Below the pieces are notes generated by a model. It saw only the letters and a program-made list of their open reading frames with translations. It ran no database searches and was not told the DNA's origin. Positions 1 to 9,572 of a stretch of 64,000 nt of DNA are shown piece after piece. Source of the stretch: a virus; the IMG/VR virus record IMGVR_UViG_3300045974_000399, positions 1-64,000 of that record. The stretch is one strand, 5' to 3'. Each line of letters starts with the position of its first letter. The first letter of the stretch is position 1. A program made the position numbers and the translations under genes.

Positions 1-99
1 TCAAAAAATGAAGTATCCAGACTACACCATCTCCCAGAAATAATTGTACAGGTTTCTGAGGACACTGAAGAAGAAGCTTATCTAAACAACTGTGCCCTG

Positions 100-699
100 A
101 TGCTTGATGCAATAAAAGTCGCTGTTCCTTTTGTAGTAAAGCATGACTGGCTTGCCTTACTTGGAGATGTAATAACACCTGACACCGAAGTAAGGCTACC
201 ATACCCGATATGTGCTTTTGAGTTCCTTATAAATGGCTGTAGCTTAACGCTGGTGCTTATCGAACACGGGCCCATACTTAGAGCTTTTTGTATTGTAGTA
301 AAGAAGAGCGCCGCGGCTTGGGAGGTTAAACCGAATGTAAAAACAGATACTTTTACAGTACCTATATACCAGTATGCACTAAACCAGGCAAAAGCAATAT
401 GTATTGCCTTGGAAGCCAAGGTGGCAGAGTCTCAACAAGTGGTTGCTTCTAAAGCCCTAAACAAAAAGCGCGTGGCAAACCACAAGACCCCGCTGCGTGA
501 CTATCATGTAGTTGATCTGAGTAAGCAGTTAAATCGGCCCAAAGTTTCGGTGGCAACTGGTACAGGTACTCGCAAAAGGTTACACTTCAGAAGGGGGCAC
601 TGGGGCACATTCGGACTGGACAAGCATAAGACGTGGATAGAGTGGCAATTGGTTGGAGACCCCGATCTGGGCTTCATAGACAAGCACTACAAAGTTTAA
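100..699 (+). CDS. hypothetical phage protein (C-terminal RLHFRRGHW motif)
   Basis: 199-aa ORF; basic RxHxRRGHW motif of a kind seen in phage proteins; true start may be upstream. Confidence 0.6.
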   Translation: MLDAIKVAVPFVVKHDWLALLGDVITPDTEVRLPYPICAFEFLINGCSLTLVLIEHGPILRAFCIVVKKSAAAWEVKPNVKTDTFTVPIYQYALNQAKAICIALEAKVAESQQVVASKALNKKRVANHKTPLRDYHVVDLSKQLNRPKVSVATGTGTRKRLHFRRGHWGTFGLDKHKTWIEWQLVGDPDLGFIDKHYKV

Positions 700-733
700 T
701 AACCCGCACAACACTACAGACAAGGAGACAGAC

Positions 734-1996
734 ATGAACAAAGCCACACAAAAAATCTGCGTCAAGGTTATCCCGCGTTCCGGAGAGGTAATAGTATTCA
801 ACACTCCGAAACACCGATCCAGTTCCATTCATGAGGTTATCAAGTACGGGACTTTCGTGGCGATTCAGTACAATGAAGACCGTCCATACGTCAACGCGGA
901 AAACGTGGATATTCCTAAAGACGAGTTGGCGGACTTCAGCATGGCCAGATTGGTTCGCTTAGGTGCAGGCAAAGAAAGAGCGTCTTTCGAGATCCACATG
1001 AAACAAATTCTGGGTAAGAATTACTGGCAGCATTCTGAACAGCCGAAACTCGCGCCTCCCAAACCTAAGCCGCTTACTGCGCCACCGAGAGTTGTAGCGG
1101 CTAAGCCCACGCCTGTTACTCATGCGCTTGCATCGGTACTTGAAGCTATCGGGCCACCTGCAGTAGCTACAGCTCGGGGTGCCGCTGCCACGGTACTGGA
1201 TCTGATTGACCACTCACCGGTGGTAGGTTCAGTTAGGAGGTCTACGGTACTGGATCTGATTGATAAAGGACCCGAGAAAAAACTTCCGCTGCCTGACAAG
1301 ATGCCTAAGCCCGATGTTATGTCTAAACTGCGCGCTCTGGCCCAAGATAAGTATATGCGAATTATCTTCGAGAGCCTCGCCAACAAAAAACGAGATATTA
1401 AGACCCAGACAGCGCAGTCCATTATCTGTTTCATATACCCGACAGCCAGTAAATCAGAACTCAAGCGGGAACATCTGAAAAAGTTCTTCATAGAGATGTC
1501 TTCGATGGGCTTCGGCCGATTTAACCCGGGTCCTAAAGGAGTAAGAACTAACTGCGTTAAACTTGAGACAATGCGGTTCACGTGGATTGACTGCTCAGCA
1601 AGAGCCGTATCACGCTATGCTCTGGATATGCCACTAGTAACAGGCTTACCTAAGGGTATGTACGAGGCCGAAGCCTCTAAAATAAAGCAGGTTGTAGAAC
1701 CTGAGGTGGTGGTACCGGTTGTAGAACCTGAGGTGGTGCCTGTTATTCAGGACGATGATCTGGACGATACGCCTACTCTCATACACCAGCCTCTTTCAGA
1801 CCACTTCCTGTCCAATCAAAAAGCCGCGGAAGAGGCTGCTGAGGAGCAGGCGGCCGATATGGAGCATGCCGAGGCCTCAGGTAAGCTGGACAACATAGCG
1901 GAAGTAAAAGCCTGGTTAATGGGCTTGTCGGAATCCGGGGCCCGCGGCGATACAACACTGGCGTGGTTAACATTTCACAAGCTGACAAACAGCTAG
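734..1996 (+). CDS. hypothetical protein with Pro-rich and acidic low-complexity segments
   Basis: 420-aa ORF with AAGGAG RBS. Confidence 0.7.
   Translation: MNKATQKICVKVIPRSGEVIVFNTPKHRSSSIHEVIKYGTFVAIQYNEDRPYVNAENVDIPKDELADFSMARLVRLGAGKERASFEIHMKQILGKNYWQHSEQPKLAPPKPKPLTAPPRVVAAKPTPVTHALASVLEAIGPPAVATARGAAATVLDLIDHSPVVGSVRRSTVLDLIDKGPEKKLPLPDKMPKPDVMSKLRALAQDKYMRIIFESLANKKRDIKTQTAQSIICFIYPTASKSELKREHLKKFFIEMSSMGFGRFNPGPKGVRTNCVKLETMRFTWIDCSARAVSRYALDMPLVTGLPKGMYEAEASKIKQVVEPEVVVPVVEPEVVPVIQDDDLDDTPTLIHQPLSDHFLSNQKAAEEAAEEQAADMEHAEASGKLDNIAEVKAWLMGLSESGARGDTTLAWLTFHKLTNS
1190..1263 (+). repeat. 20-bp direct repeat acggtactggatctgattga (1190-1209, 1244-1263), encoding TVLDLID twice
   Basis: exact repeat read from the sequence. 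Confidence 0.85.
1690..1738 (+). repeat. 22-bp direct repeat ggttgtagaacctgaggtggtg (1690-1711, 1717-1738), encoding VVEPEVV twice
   Basis: exact repeat read from the sequence. Confidence 0.85.
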
Positions 1997-2004
1997 GGGG
2001 ACGT

Positions 2005-2229
2005 ATGGGAACAATATGGGGGATAAGAGGGGATAATCCGGCTATTAGCCATCAGGTAGCACCGGTTACGGACCTCATACTTATGGAAGAACGCCTAAGT
2101 ATCTTGAGGGACACGCCAGGTGAACCGCATGAGACTGAACAGTACGCGTCCGTGGTAGCGTGGCAAACTCTTTGTATATTCGACCACTATAAACACCACA
2201 TAACTCCAAAGGGGGAAGATGCCACATGA
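2005..2229 (+). CDS. hypothetical protein
   Basis: ATG at 2005 after GGGGGA; stop overlaps the next start (ATGA). Confidence 0.5.
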   Translation: MGTIWGIRGDNPAISHQVAPVTDLILMEERLSILRDTPGEPHETEQYASVVAWQTLCIFDHYKHHITPKGEDAT

Positions 2230-2489
2230 TAAATTGGTATGTTCTGGAAGCGGCGGTAACCACGCTGTTTGAATTACTAGCCGAAGTAATATCGGTAATA
2301 GTAATCTGCATCAGTGTTCCCGCCGCGATAGGATCTGTGGTCTTATTGGCCCTGTCCTGGAAAGAAATGAATGCTGTAGATGAAGAGGACGGAAAGACAT
2401 CAAAGGTTAGGAAATACATTTTGATAATCATCCTATGCCTTCTTTTGTACTTTCTTGCCCACAATAAACTTTACAACCACAAACTTTGA
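2226..2489 (+). CDS. small membrane protein
   Basis: two hydrophobic segments; RBS; coupled to upstream ORF. Confidence 0.6.
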   Translation: MINWYVLEAAVTTLFELLAEVISVIVICISVPAAIGSVVLLALSWKEMNAVDEEDGKTSKVRKYILIIILCLLLYFLAHNKLYNHKL

Positions 2490-2504
2490 AAACGAGGTGA
2501 AATC

Positions 2505-2981
2505 ATGATACAATACCCCATTGGCCCAAAGGGTATCCTTATGGATTTAGGGAGCCCTGATAGAGAACTGATACAGATAGCAACTCAGGTTCTCATAGAT
2601 AACTCCGAAGCTGTTGATGCTCAGGGAAGTTTAATAACCAAGCGCACTCGTTTGTACTGTGCCAAACCTGTTATGCGGACCGCAGCATCTGGCCGCAAGA
2701 CCATTTTTATCAACTCAGGAGCAACGCATACCTTGGTTTTGATGGAAGGCGAGAATGACCCTTCATGGGACCGCTGGTCAAACTTCAAAGTCCGAAGGTT
2801 TGGAACAATCTTAGAAAGAAAAGGGTTGTCGGTGGTTGCTCCAATATCATCAGGTGGAGGAAACTGGATAGAGATACATTGCTATCCTGTGGAATTATAC
2901 ACCTTCGACACCTACATAGAGGACGGAAAGACAAAAGACTACATCGACCGCCCTATAATCCCTGGAGACGTTAGTCTCTAA
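2505..2981 (+). CDS. hypothetical protein
   Basis: 158-aa ORF with GAGGTG RBS. Confidence 0.65.
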   Translation: MIQYPIGPKGILMDLGSPDRELIQIATQVLIDNSEAVDAQGSLITKRTRLYCAKPVMRTAASGRKTIFINSGATHTLVLMEGENDPSWDRWSNFKVRRFGTILERKGLSVVAPISSGGGNWIEIHCYPVELYTFDTYIEDGKTKDYIDRPIIPGDVSL

Positions 2982-3016
2982 ACAGCAGTCAAACAGCCAC
3001 AACAAAGGAGACAAAC

Positions 3017-3415
3017 ATGAAGACACCTGCAGAAAAGTTAACGCATAACCTGGAAGCAGCCGTAAGACGTCTTAGCAAGGTACGTCCTCTCCCTGAACTT
3101 CCAGACCCAACCCCGGAAGAACAAGAGCGTATCCAGTTCGTTATGGCAACCCCAAATTTTGACCTCAGGGGTCGTTCTTACATGGCTGAGATAATTCGTA
3201 GAACACCGCTGTGTACTGGGTATATGCTATTTCTCAACCAAAGATGTAGCCTTGCCTACATTATGCACCGGGATGACGTTGACGATATGGACTTCATGGG
3301 CGCAGTACCTCCGGCAGAGCGCTTCCCTATTCCCAGATACTTGTGGGAAAGGCACCCTGAGTACATTCGGCGCTGGGTATTCAAGAAGATGTGCCAGCGT
3401 TCAAACAGACTGTAG
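3017..3415 (+). CDS. hypothetical protein
   Basis: 132-aa ORF with AAGGAG RBS. Confidence 0.65.
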   Translation: MKTPAEKLTHNLEAAVRRLSKVRPLPELPDPTPEEQERIQFVMATPNFDLRGRSYMAEIIRRTPLCTGYMLFLNQRCSLAYIMHRDDVDDMDFMGAVPPAERFPIPRYLWERHPEYIRRWVFKKMCQRSNRL

Positions 3416-3457
3416 ATATTAAAGATCCATTATTTCTATAATTTAAGGAGATACAAT

Positions 3458-4051
3458 ATGCAATACGGAATAAGAGGCTTAATGCCCACAACAATAAGCT
3501 GGAATGCGTCTTCTGAAGGGGACGATATAACCAGGTTAAATGGAGATGTAGGCGAGTTTCGGCTGTTCAAAATTCTGCCCACCACTTCTCTTAACCATCC
3601 GGTTGAACTGATTGGTCTTGGGGCCCGCAGGAAGTGCAACAATATAGAGGAAGCCCAGGACTTGGCCAAGGAAAGGCTTAGACAACTCTTTTCTAGGCTA
3701 CTCGAAGAAACTATATCGGACACGCTTTCGGCTGAACTCGCGGAGTCACCTGGTCTTCTGGATAGCTTTTTGGCTATAGCCTATTACGTGCGATCCAATG
3801 AGGGCCGCGTGGATATGCGGGTAGCAAATGGGCTGAAGAATGCCTATCGGGGAGTCTTGCCACAGTCATATACTGTTCATGATCTTGTAACTACCAAAGA
3901 CCTGATACTGCTTAAGATGGAGAACTTCGGCAGACATTCCTTGCAAGCAATGCGGGCCACGATAACTGAATACTTGGAGTATCGAAAGACTAACCCGATG
4001 CCTGAGTATATAAAAAAGGGGATAGAGGGATGGCAAAGCAAGGCATACTAA
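3458..4051 (+). CDS. protein with RNA polymerase alpha-CTD-like C-terminal domain
   Basis: MRVANGLKNA..TVHDLV..LLKMENFGRHSLQAM aligns by eye to the RpoA CTD (VRSANCLK..IGDLV..LLKTPNLGKKSLTEI); AAGGAG RBS. Confidence 0.65.
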   Translation: MQYGIRGLMPTTISWNASSEGDDITRLNGDVGEFRLFKILPTTSLNHPVELIGLGARRKCNNIEEAQDLAKERLRQLFSRLLEETISDTLSAELAESPGLLDSFLAIAYYVRSNEGRVDMRVANGLKNAYRGVLPQSYTVHDLVTTKDLILLKMENFGRHSLQAMRATITEYLEYRKTNPMPEYIKKGIEGWQSKAY

Positions 4052-4251
4052 CCGCTAAGGGCGATCCGATGGAAACCATGAACCTGGAGAAGCTAACTAA
4101 AAAGGTACGCTGCACACAGTGCCGAGAAAAGAAGATAGATGGAACTGAAGTAAACGTAGTTCGCGGTATGGATGAAAAGAAAAAGGTACGGGCTTACCTC
4201 TGTACGACGGAGCCCTGCATAACAAAATACTTCGCAAGTCAGTCAGAGTAA
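4030..4251 (+). CDS. small putative Zn-binding protein
   Basis: CTQC...CTTEPC. Confidence 0.5.
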   Translation: MAKQGILTAKGDPMETMNLEKLTKKVRCTQCREKKIDGTEVNVVRGMDEKKKVRAYLCTTEPCITKYFASQSE

Positions 4252-4259
4252 AGTAGTAT

Positions 4260-4291
4260 GGGCGGGTCTCTGCATTTAGTTAGACCCGCCC
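4260..4291 (+). terminator. putative rho-independent terminator
   Basis: gggcgggtct/agacccgccc 10-bp stem followed by a pyrimidine-rich tract. Confidence 0.65.
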
Positions 4292-4333
4292 TTCTTCATT
4301 TTCAGAATCGAGACTAAATGTGAGGTAAAAACG

Positions 4334-4792
4334 ATGGGTAATGTTCAAGTAACGCCTGATCCTGATACTTATGGGATGGTAGTTAATTTATCAACAGGTG
4401 AGATGAATAAGGTAATTTATGTTTCTAATATGATGGAGTTCCACCGAAAGCTAATGACCCGAGGTATAATTCTCACCGAAACGCATAAGGTGTTACAGCG
4501 TATATTACAGCAGGTCAGGGTTAAAGCGCTTTACCTGATAAACGTCAGAACAAATGCCATTGAAAAGCACATAGATGCCTTGCCGTTATTCTTGCCGTTG
4601 AAGGGTAAGATAGACTACTTGTATGATATGGGACGCTGTGAGACACGTCTTCAAACCGCGCTTACTCTGATGTCTGAAGAGATGGAGTGTGGGGTGGTAC
4701 TAACTACACCTAGTCCTATCTACACAGACAATCAGGAAGAAGCTATTAGAGAACGTTACCGATTGGTTTGGGACAAGCAAGACGTAACCTAA
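4334..4792 (+). CDS. hypothetical protein
   Basis: 152-aa ORF with GAGGT RBS. Confidence 0.6.
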   Translation: MGNVQVTPDPDTYGMVVNLSTGEMNKVIYVSNMMEFHRKLMTRGIILTETHKVLQRILQQVRVKALYLINVRTNAIEKHIDALPLFLPLKGKIDYLYDMGRCETRLQTALTLMSEEMECGVVLTTPSPIYTDNQEEAIRERYRLVWDKQDVT

Positions 4793-4815
4793 AAACTGTA
4801 AATAAGGAGATGAAA

Positions 4816-5157
4816 ATGATTGTAATAGCAAAACTTGTATCCTCAGAATTTGTAGTTGGTGTTCTTACAGAAACAGGCTCAGTAATAACCGCCTTCATGA
4901 TTAAGCTGAAACAGATTGAAGGTGCTCCTGCGGGTGATATGCGCCCTGTAATCATGTCGTATCTAGCTCCCTTTGCACCTGCAACTCAAAGTGTAGAAGA
5001 GTTCACTCGAGACAAGGTAATGTCTACAATACCTGCACCGAAAGAACTAGTAGACGCGTACATTAAGCACACTGCAATAGGAACTAATATCATCGTGAAC
5101 ACTCCACAGATAATTATTCCAACAGCTTCTCCTTCTGCAGGAAAAGAACGTTGGTAA
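4816..5157 (+). CDS. hypothetical phage protein (possible Sm-like beta fold)
   Basis: AAGGAG RBS; N-terminus [14 protein letters not shown] resembles small myovirus proteins. Confidence 0.55.
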   Translation: MIVIAKLVSSEFVVGVLTETGSVITAFMIKLKQIEGAPAGDMRPVIMSYLAPFAPATQSVEEFTRDKVMSTIPAPKELVDAYIKHTAIGTNIIVNTPQIIIPTASPSAGKERW

Positions 5158-5233
5158 CGTATTGGGCCGTGTATCGGCCTCGTTCTTAGGAGCGAATTCC
5201 ACACACGTAGTAAGAAAGAGAAGGAGTAGTAAC

Positions 5234-5437
5234 ATGGCACAGGGAACGGTAAAATGGTTCAACGCGGCAAAAGGATTCGGCTTCATCACACAGGAAGATG
5301 GCGAAGCAGATGTGTTCTGTCATTTTTCTGCAATCCAGAGTGACGGATTCAAAAGTCTGGATGAAGGGGATAACGTCACCTTCGATATCACCACAGGAGC
5401 CAAGGGTCTGCAAGCCACAAATGTCCGCCGCGTCTAA
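5234..5437 (+). CDS. csp: cold-shock protein (CspA family)
   Basis: GTVKWFN, RNP1 KGFGFI and RNP2 VFCHF motifs; AAGGAG RBS. Confidence 0.97.
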   Translation: MAQGTVKWFNAAKGFGFITQEDGEADVFCHFSAIQSDGFKSLDEGDNVTFDITTGAKGLQATNVRRV

Positions 5438-5460
5438 CACAGGGTACGCCCAATAAGAGC

Positions 5461-5507
5461 AGAAGCCCTCCTAAACCCATTTGTTAGCGGAAATTAGGAG
5501 GGCTTCT
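5461..5507 (+). terminator. stem-loop downstream of csp
   Basis: agaagccctcctaa/ttaggagggcttct perfect 14-bp inverted repeat. Confidence 0.6.
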
Positions 5508-5524
5508 ATAGTAATGGAGGATGT

Positions 5525-5737
5525 ATGACCTATTGGCAAAGACTAGAAAAGCTAAACAGTGGAATAATGCTAGTCCCTACGCTTTTTCACTGGAAAGAGT
5601 TGTGGACTCTGAATAGCCGCCGCTGTGGAGGTCACTTCAACAAGATATTCTTTCCCCTGTATATCATCTTCATACCCTATTGCTTGGGATACACGCTTTT
5701 GGTTATGCTGGAAGCAGTATTACCTGTAAAGGAATAA
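5525..5737 (+). CDS. small membrane protein
   Basis: GGAGG RBS; hydrophobic C-terminal half. Confidence 0.55.
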   Translation: MTYWQRLEKLNSGIMLVPTLFHWKELWTLNSRRCGGHFNKIFFPLYIIFIPYCLGYTLLVMLEAVLPVKE

Positions 5738-5764
5738 ACTCTATATCCAGGAGGTATACTAGTC

Positions 5765-6838
5765 ATGTCACTCGAAGTAAACTCAGGCGTAACAATTTAT
5801 CAGATTTCAGGCGGATGGATGTCAGGCGCAAGCACCGCTTACACCAGCCCAGCAGGCTCATCAACTAGCATTGTATTCTCTGGGGAGTCAAACATCGGGA
5901 TAGGTTCAACTGGAACCCTTGTTACCCCTGAAGATGTTAACCCGTCCTACGATGGAGTTCGGTCAAAAAGAAAGACCCCTGAAAGACCAGCCATACTGGA
6001 TAAGAAATTCTCCCCTGAGATATTCATCAAGTTCGTGAAATCAAAGCTCAGCAGTCTGGAGCAGCTTGAGGTGGAGTTCGCCATAAACAAGATGGGCCGT
6101 ATGCTCATGGCCGCGAAAGAAATACAGCAAACAGCCCTACATGAACAGCTTGCACTTCGCTTGGCAATTGCGGTACGTGAACAAGAAGCGCGTGCCATCG
6201 GCTGCGGTAGAAGCCTAAACAAAACGGTGATAAAGAAGTATATCACCAAGGTCGAAGATCGTGTGGTTAAGTTCGACAAGTTCGAGAATTTCCCGCGTGT
6301 TGTTCCTGCGGAGGTAGCAGCGAAGATAAAAGCAGTTCAAGCTACTGCAGTGTTCGATGAGTATCATATCCTGTACGTTGACTACACCAGTGAAACCTTG
6401 GAGACGAATAAACGGAAGATTGAGAAAAAGGATCCGGTGCTGTTCGGGTGTTTCTCATTCCAGCCAGATATCATGTACTTCATTATCGACTGGATTGATA
6501 AGTATTGCGACCTCACTCTTTCCAAGCTCATCGGAGAAATACAGGTCGATGACCCTGAGTTTAAACTGGATATGATACCCCAGATAGACCAGAGTTACGT
6601 GGACAAGCTCATCCAGGAGGTTATCGACCGTGATGCTCGCCTCAGGGGCACTACACCCAAGAACTATAAGGCACTGATGGCCGAGGAAGACCGTCTGGCA
6701 GAAATCAAGCCTATCGTGGCTGACCCGGAAATAGGTACAGAACCCCTGCCACCCTTGGTAACGGAACGTGTCATTACCGGGCTGATGGCTAAAATAGTAA
6801 AAGGGCTGCGGAGAAAGAAAGATGGGGAGATTACGTAA
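5765..6838 (+). CDS. hypothetical phage protein
   Basis: 357-aa ORF; AGGAGG RBS; KDPVLFG..YFIIDWID motif. Confidence 0.75.
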   Translation: MSLEVNSGVTIYQISGGWMSGASTAYTSPAGSSTSIVFSGESNIGIGSTGTLVTPEDVNPSYDGVRSKRKTPERPAILDKKFSPEIFIKFVKSKLSSLEQLEVEFAINKMGRMLMAAKEIQQTALHEQLALRLAIAVREQEARAIGCGRSLNKTVIKKYITKVEDRVVKFDKFENFPRVVPAEVAAKIKAVQATAVFDEYHILYVDYTSETLETNKRKIEKKDPVLFGCFSFQPDIMYFIIDWIDKYCDLTLSKLIGEIQVDDPEFKLDMIPQIDQSYVDKLIQEVIDRDARLRGTTPKNYKALMAEEDRLAEIKPIVADPEIGTEPLPPLVTERVITGLMAKIVKGLRRKKDGEIT

Positions 6839-7061
6839 CTACCTTGAAATAGACTGGGATAGAAATCCTCCGCTGCATTACGATGACCAGACACTTTCAG
6901 AAATGGCGGAGTTTCCGGTAAGGGTGTTCCTTGATGCCTCAGAGATGGCTAAGGAAGGAACGGATACTCCACTATTTCTGTTCATTGATGTAGACCTAGG
7001 TGAATGTGTCTGGTTTAACCCCGTAAAGATGTTACTAAGACTACCAGGCAGACCCTGGTAA
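6822..7061 (+). CDS. hypothetical protein
   Basis: overlaps upstream stop and fills the gap. Confidence 0.5.
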   Translation: MGRLRNYLEIDWDRNPPLHYDDQTLSEMAEFPVRVFLDASEMAKEGTDTPLFLFIDVDLGECVWFNPVKMLLRLPGRPW

Positions 7062-7077
7062 TAAAAGGAGAACTGTC

Positions 7078-7392
7078 ATGCTTACCACGCTATTCGCTAT
7101 TGACCCAATGCTCGTTACCTTCTGGCTAATGCTTCTGGTTATGTTTGCCCCTGTCTTACTTATTGTGGTGATGGCAGTGTTAGCCATAATACTCGTTGCC
7201 TTTGTTGTGGTATTCGCCGTGGCCTTCGTTATCTTTACGATAGTAGCCGTAGCCCTCATAACTATTTTGGCTATGCTTTCATACCCCACTATTTACTTCC
7301 TTTATCTGCGTACACCTGCCAAACGGCAGTCATGGAAAGAATACATTGCCAAACTTCGCAGCTTTAAACCGATACCTACTGAAAAAGAGTAA
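7078..7392 (+). CDS. hydrophobic membrane protein
   Basis: ~70-residue hydrophobic run, basic C-terminus, AAGGAG RBS. Confidence 0.6.
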   Translation: MLTTLFAIDPMLVTFWLMLLVMFAPVLLIVVMAVLAIILVAFVVVFAVAFVIFTIVAVALITILAMLSYPTIYFLYLRTPAKRQSWKEYIAKLRSFKPIPTEKE

Positions 7393-7404
7393 TTGGAGGT
7401 CACT

Positions 7405-8139
7405 GTGTTCATTACATTTGAGGGTGGAGAAGGCGTAGGAAAAACTACCCAGATAAGACTAATAAAAGACGCCCTGGAACTAAAAGGTCATAGCGTTACG
7501 ATGACACGGGAACCCGGGGGTACTTCAATAGGCGACCAAACTCGTGCTATTCTACTGGACGCTGCTAATAGCAAAATGCACCCAATAACTGAGCTACACC
7601 TGTTTCATGCTCAGCGCTCTCAGCATGTCCGGGAGTTAATTTGGCCCGCCCTGAAAAGAGGCGAAATAGTGTTGTGCGACCGCTTTGCTGATAGCACGAT
7701 AGTATATCAGGGATTCGCCCGTGACGTTATGGATCCGGTTACTATCGTACACCAAACAGAAGCACTTCTGGAGTTCCGGTGGCCGGATCATACTATTATA
7801 TTCACGCACCCGAATCCAGTCATACCTTTGGAGCGAGCGCGGGCCCGTTGGAAACCTGTTGCAGAACCTACAAATGTAGTTCAACTAAATGAAGCCCGCT
7901 TTGATATGATGACGCTTAAGTTACACCTAGCGGTCTTTGATACCTTTGAGAATAAGCTTGAAGCCTTATTCCGAGAAATGGGTCTTGAACGGCACAGAAA
8001 TTTTGACTACGTTGATGCGTCAGGTTCCTCTGCAGAAGTAGCGGTCTTAGCGTTGAAGTCGGTGGAAGACGCTCTTAGCCGGAAAAAGGATTCCGAGGCT
8101 AATAGCCGTTACACAATGCGAGGTGGGTCATGGCGATAG
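7405..8139 (+). CDS. tmk: thymidylate kinase
   Basis: FITFEGGEGVGKTTQ P-loop, TREPGG and LCDRF motifs; GTG start after GGAGG. Confidence 0.95.
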   Translation: MFITFEGGEGVGKTTQIRLIKDALELKGHSVTMTREPGGTSIGDQTRAILLDAANSKMHPITELHLFHAQRSQHVRELIWPALKRGEIVLCDRFADSTIVYQGFARDVMDPVTIVHQTEALLEFRWPDHTIIFTHPNPVIPLERARARWKPVAEPTNVVQLNEARFDMMTLKLHLAVFDTFENKLEALFREMGLERHRNFDYVDASGSSAEVAVLALKSVEDALSRKKDSEANSRYTMRGGSWR

Positions 8140-8363
8140 TCAGGTGGGATAAAGCTGCAAGGGGTAGGACAAACAAGACCGACAAGGTGGATGCCTTCCT
8201 AGCGGAAGTAATAGCGGTTAGTCGTAAGCACGGAATGAGCATTAGCCACGAAGACAGTAACGGTGCTTTCATCGTTGAGCCTTTCTCAGAACACAATGCT
8301 GAGTGGTTAAATATGGCGTGCATATCCTCCGCCAAGGATACCTATATTCCAGGAAGGAAATAG
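8130..8363 (+). CDS. hypothetical protein
   Basis: GAGGTG RBS; LSISHED-type motif. Confidence 0.6.
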   Translation: MAIVRWDKAARGRTNKTDKVDAFLAEVIAVSRKHGMSISHEDSNGAFIVEPFSEHNAEWLNMACISSAKDTYIPGRK

Positions 8364-8369
8364 CGCAGC

Positions 8370-8627
8370 ATGGCATTCATACAAAGAACAGACAACGTAC
8401 AGCACAAGATGTGCTACGGGTGTGGTCAAGAATGGCCTAGATGTAAATGTCTTGAGGGTCCTACTCCGTTTCTTGACCATCACTATAAAGAATGCTGGAT
8501 GCACAAAATCCCTTTTATTCAGGGATGGTGTAAACTATGTGAGGACAAATATGAGCGAGAGCGCCAAAAGATTCTGCCCCGACAGCCCTTACAACAAGAA
8601 ACCCAACAGGCGTTGCCAGGTATGTAA
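8370..8627 (+). CDS. small Cys-rich protein
   Basis: CxxC, CxC and CxxC motifs; AGGAA RBS. Confidence 0.45.
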   Translation: MAFIQRTDNVQHKMCYGCGQEWPRCKCLEGPTPFLDHHYKECWMHKIPFIQGWCKLCEDKYERERQKILPRQPLQQETQQALPGM

Positions 8628-8746
8628 GCAACGTCTTAGTGTGCCTTGTAACTTTTGTCCTGAAGTAGGAACCGACAAGTGTCTAACTCCCGTGGTCTGT
8701 CCTGCGTATGCCCCTGAAATAAGAAATAACACTAAGGAGTAATAAT

Positions 8747-9457
8747 GTGAACATAATTTTATTGGAATCAACCCCTAATCCAGAGTTGACTTGCGCTCGT
8801 GCGGCAGCGCTCTGCTACAGCCCAGGTGACTGCCAGTCCGTTATAGCTAAGTTAACCGAAAAGAATGACGCTCGGGCATTCTTGGAGAAAATTAGGAGTC
8901 TCGGGCATCTGTCGATCTTTGAGCATGCCTCCTTCACATTTGGCATCGACGGTATCTCCCGAGCTTGTAGCCACCAGCTCGTGCGACACAGGGTTGCCAG
9001 CTATAGCCAGCAGTCACAGCGCTATGTTGAGATGTCAGGTATAGAAGGTAACCTAATAAAGCAAAGCGTGTTTCCACCAACGGTAAAAGCTATTGCACAA
9101 GCAGAGCAGGCGCTTAGGCGAGCAATTGCTGTTTGTGAAGAGTCTTACATCAGGATGGTTCAGTTAGGAATACCTGCGGAGGACGCAAGGTACGCACTTC
9201 CCAACTCTACCCAAACCAATATCATCGTCACCATGAATGCCCGGGAGTTGATGCACTTCTTTACACTCCGGTGTTGTGAGAGAGCACAGTGGGAAATAAG
9301 GGCAATGGCTACTGTGATGCTATTTATCGCCCATAAAGTATTTCCGGTGGCCTTCAACAAAGCCGGCCCTTCATGTGTCAGGGGACCTTGTTCAGAAGGA
9401 AGCATGACATGCGGTAAAATCATGGAAGTACGCCATAAATTCCAGATTGCTGCATAG
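8747..9457 (+). CDS. thyX: flavin-dependent thymidylate synthase
   Basis: GHLSIFEH, RHRVASYSQQSQRY ThyX signature, AQWEIR. Confidence 0.97.
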   Translation: MNIILLESTPNPELTCARAAALCYSPGDCQSVIAKLTEKNDARAFLEKIRSLGHLSIFEHASFTFGIDGISRACSHQLVRHRVASYSQQSQRYVEMSGIEGNLIKQSVFPPTVKAIAQAEQALRRAIAVCEESYIRMVQLGIPAEDARYALPNSTQTNIIVTMNARELMHFFTLRCCERAQWEIRAMATVMLFIAHKVFPVAFNKAGPSCVRGPCSEGSMTCGKIMEVRHKFQIAA

Positions 9458-9471
9458 TGCTTAGATAGGTA

Positions 9472-9496
9472 AAGGGACGGTATTTCTCCGTCCCTT
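9472..9496. terminator. hairpin between the convergent + and - strand blocks
   Basis: aagggacgg/ccgtccctt inverted repeat. Confidence 0.65.
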
Positions 9497-9572
9497 CCTT
9501 ATTTCATGGTCTTCATACAGGATTGAAAACTGACCCTAAATCCTTGATGTTCCTGACGTTACCCAGCACGGA

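Noticed and set aside
8422-8742. 106-aa + ORF overlapping 8370-8627
   Set aside because: Large overlap in another frame; only a short Cys-rich 3' part might be real and I cannot support a start
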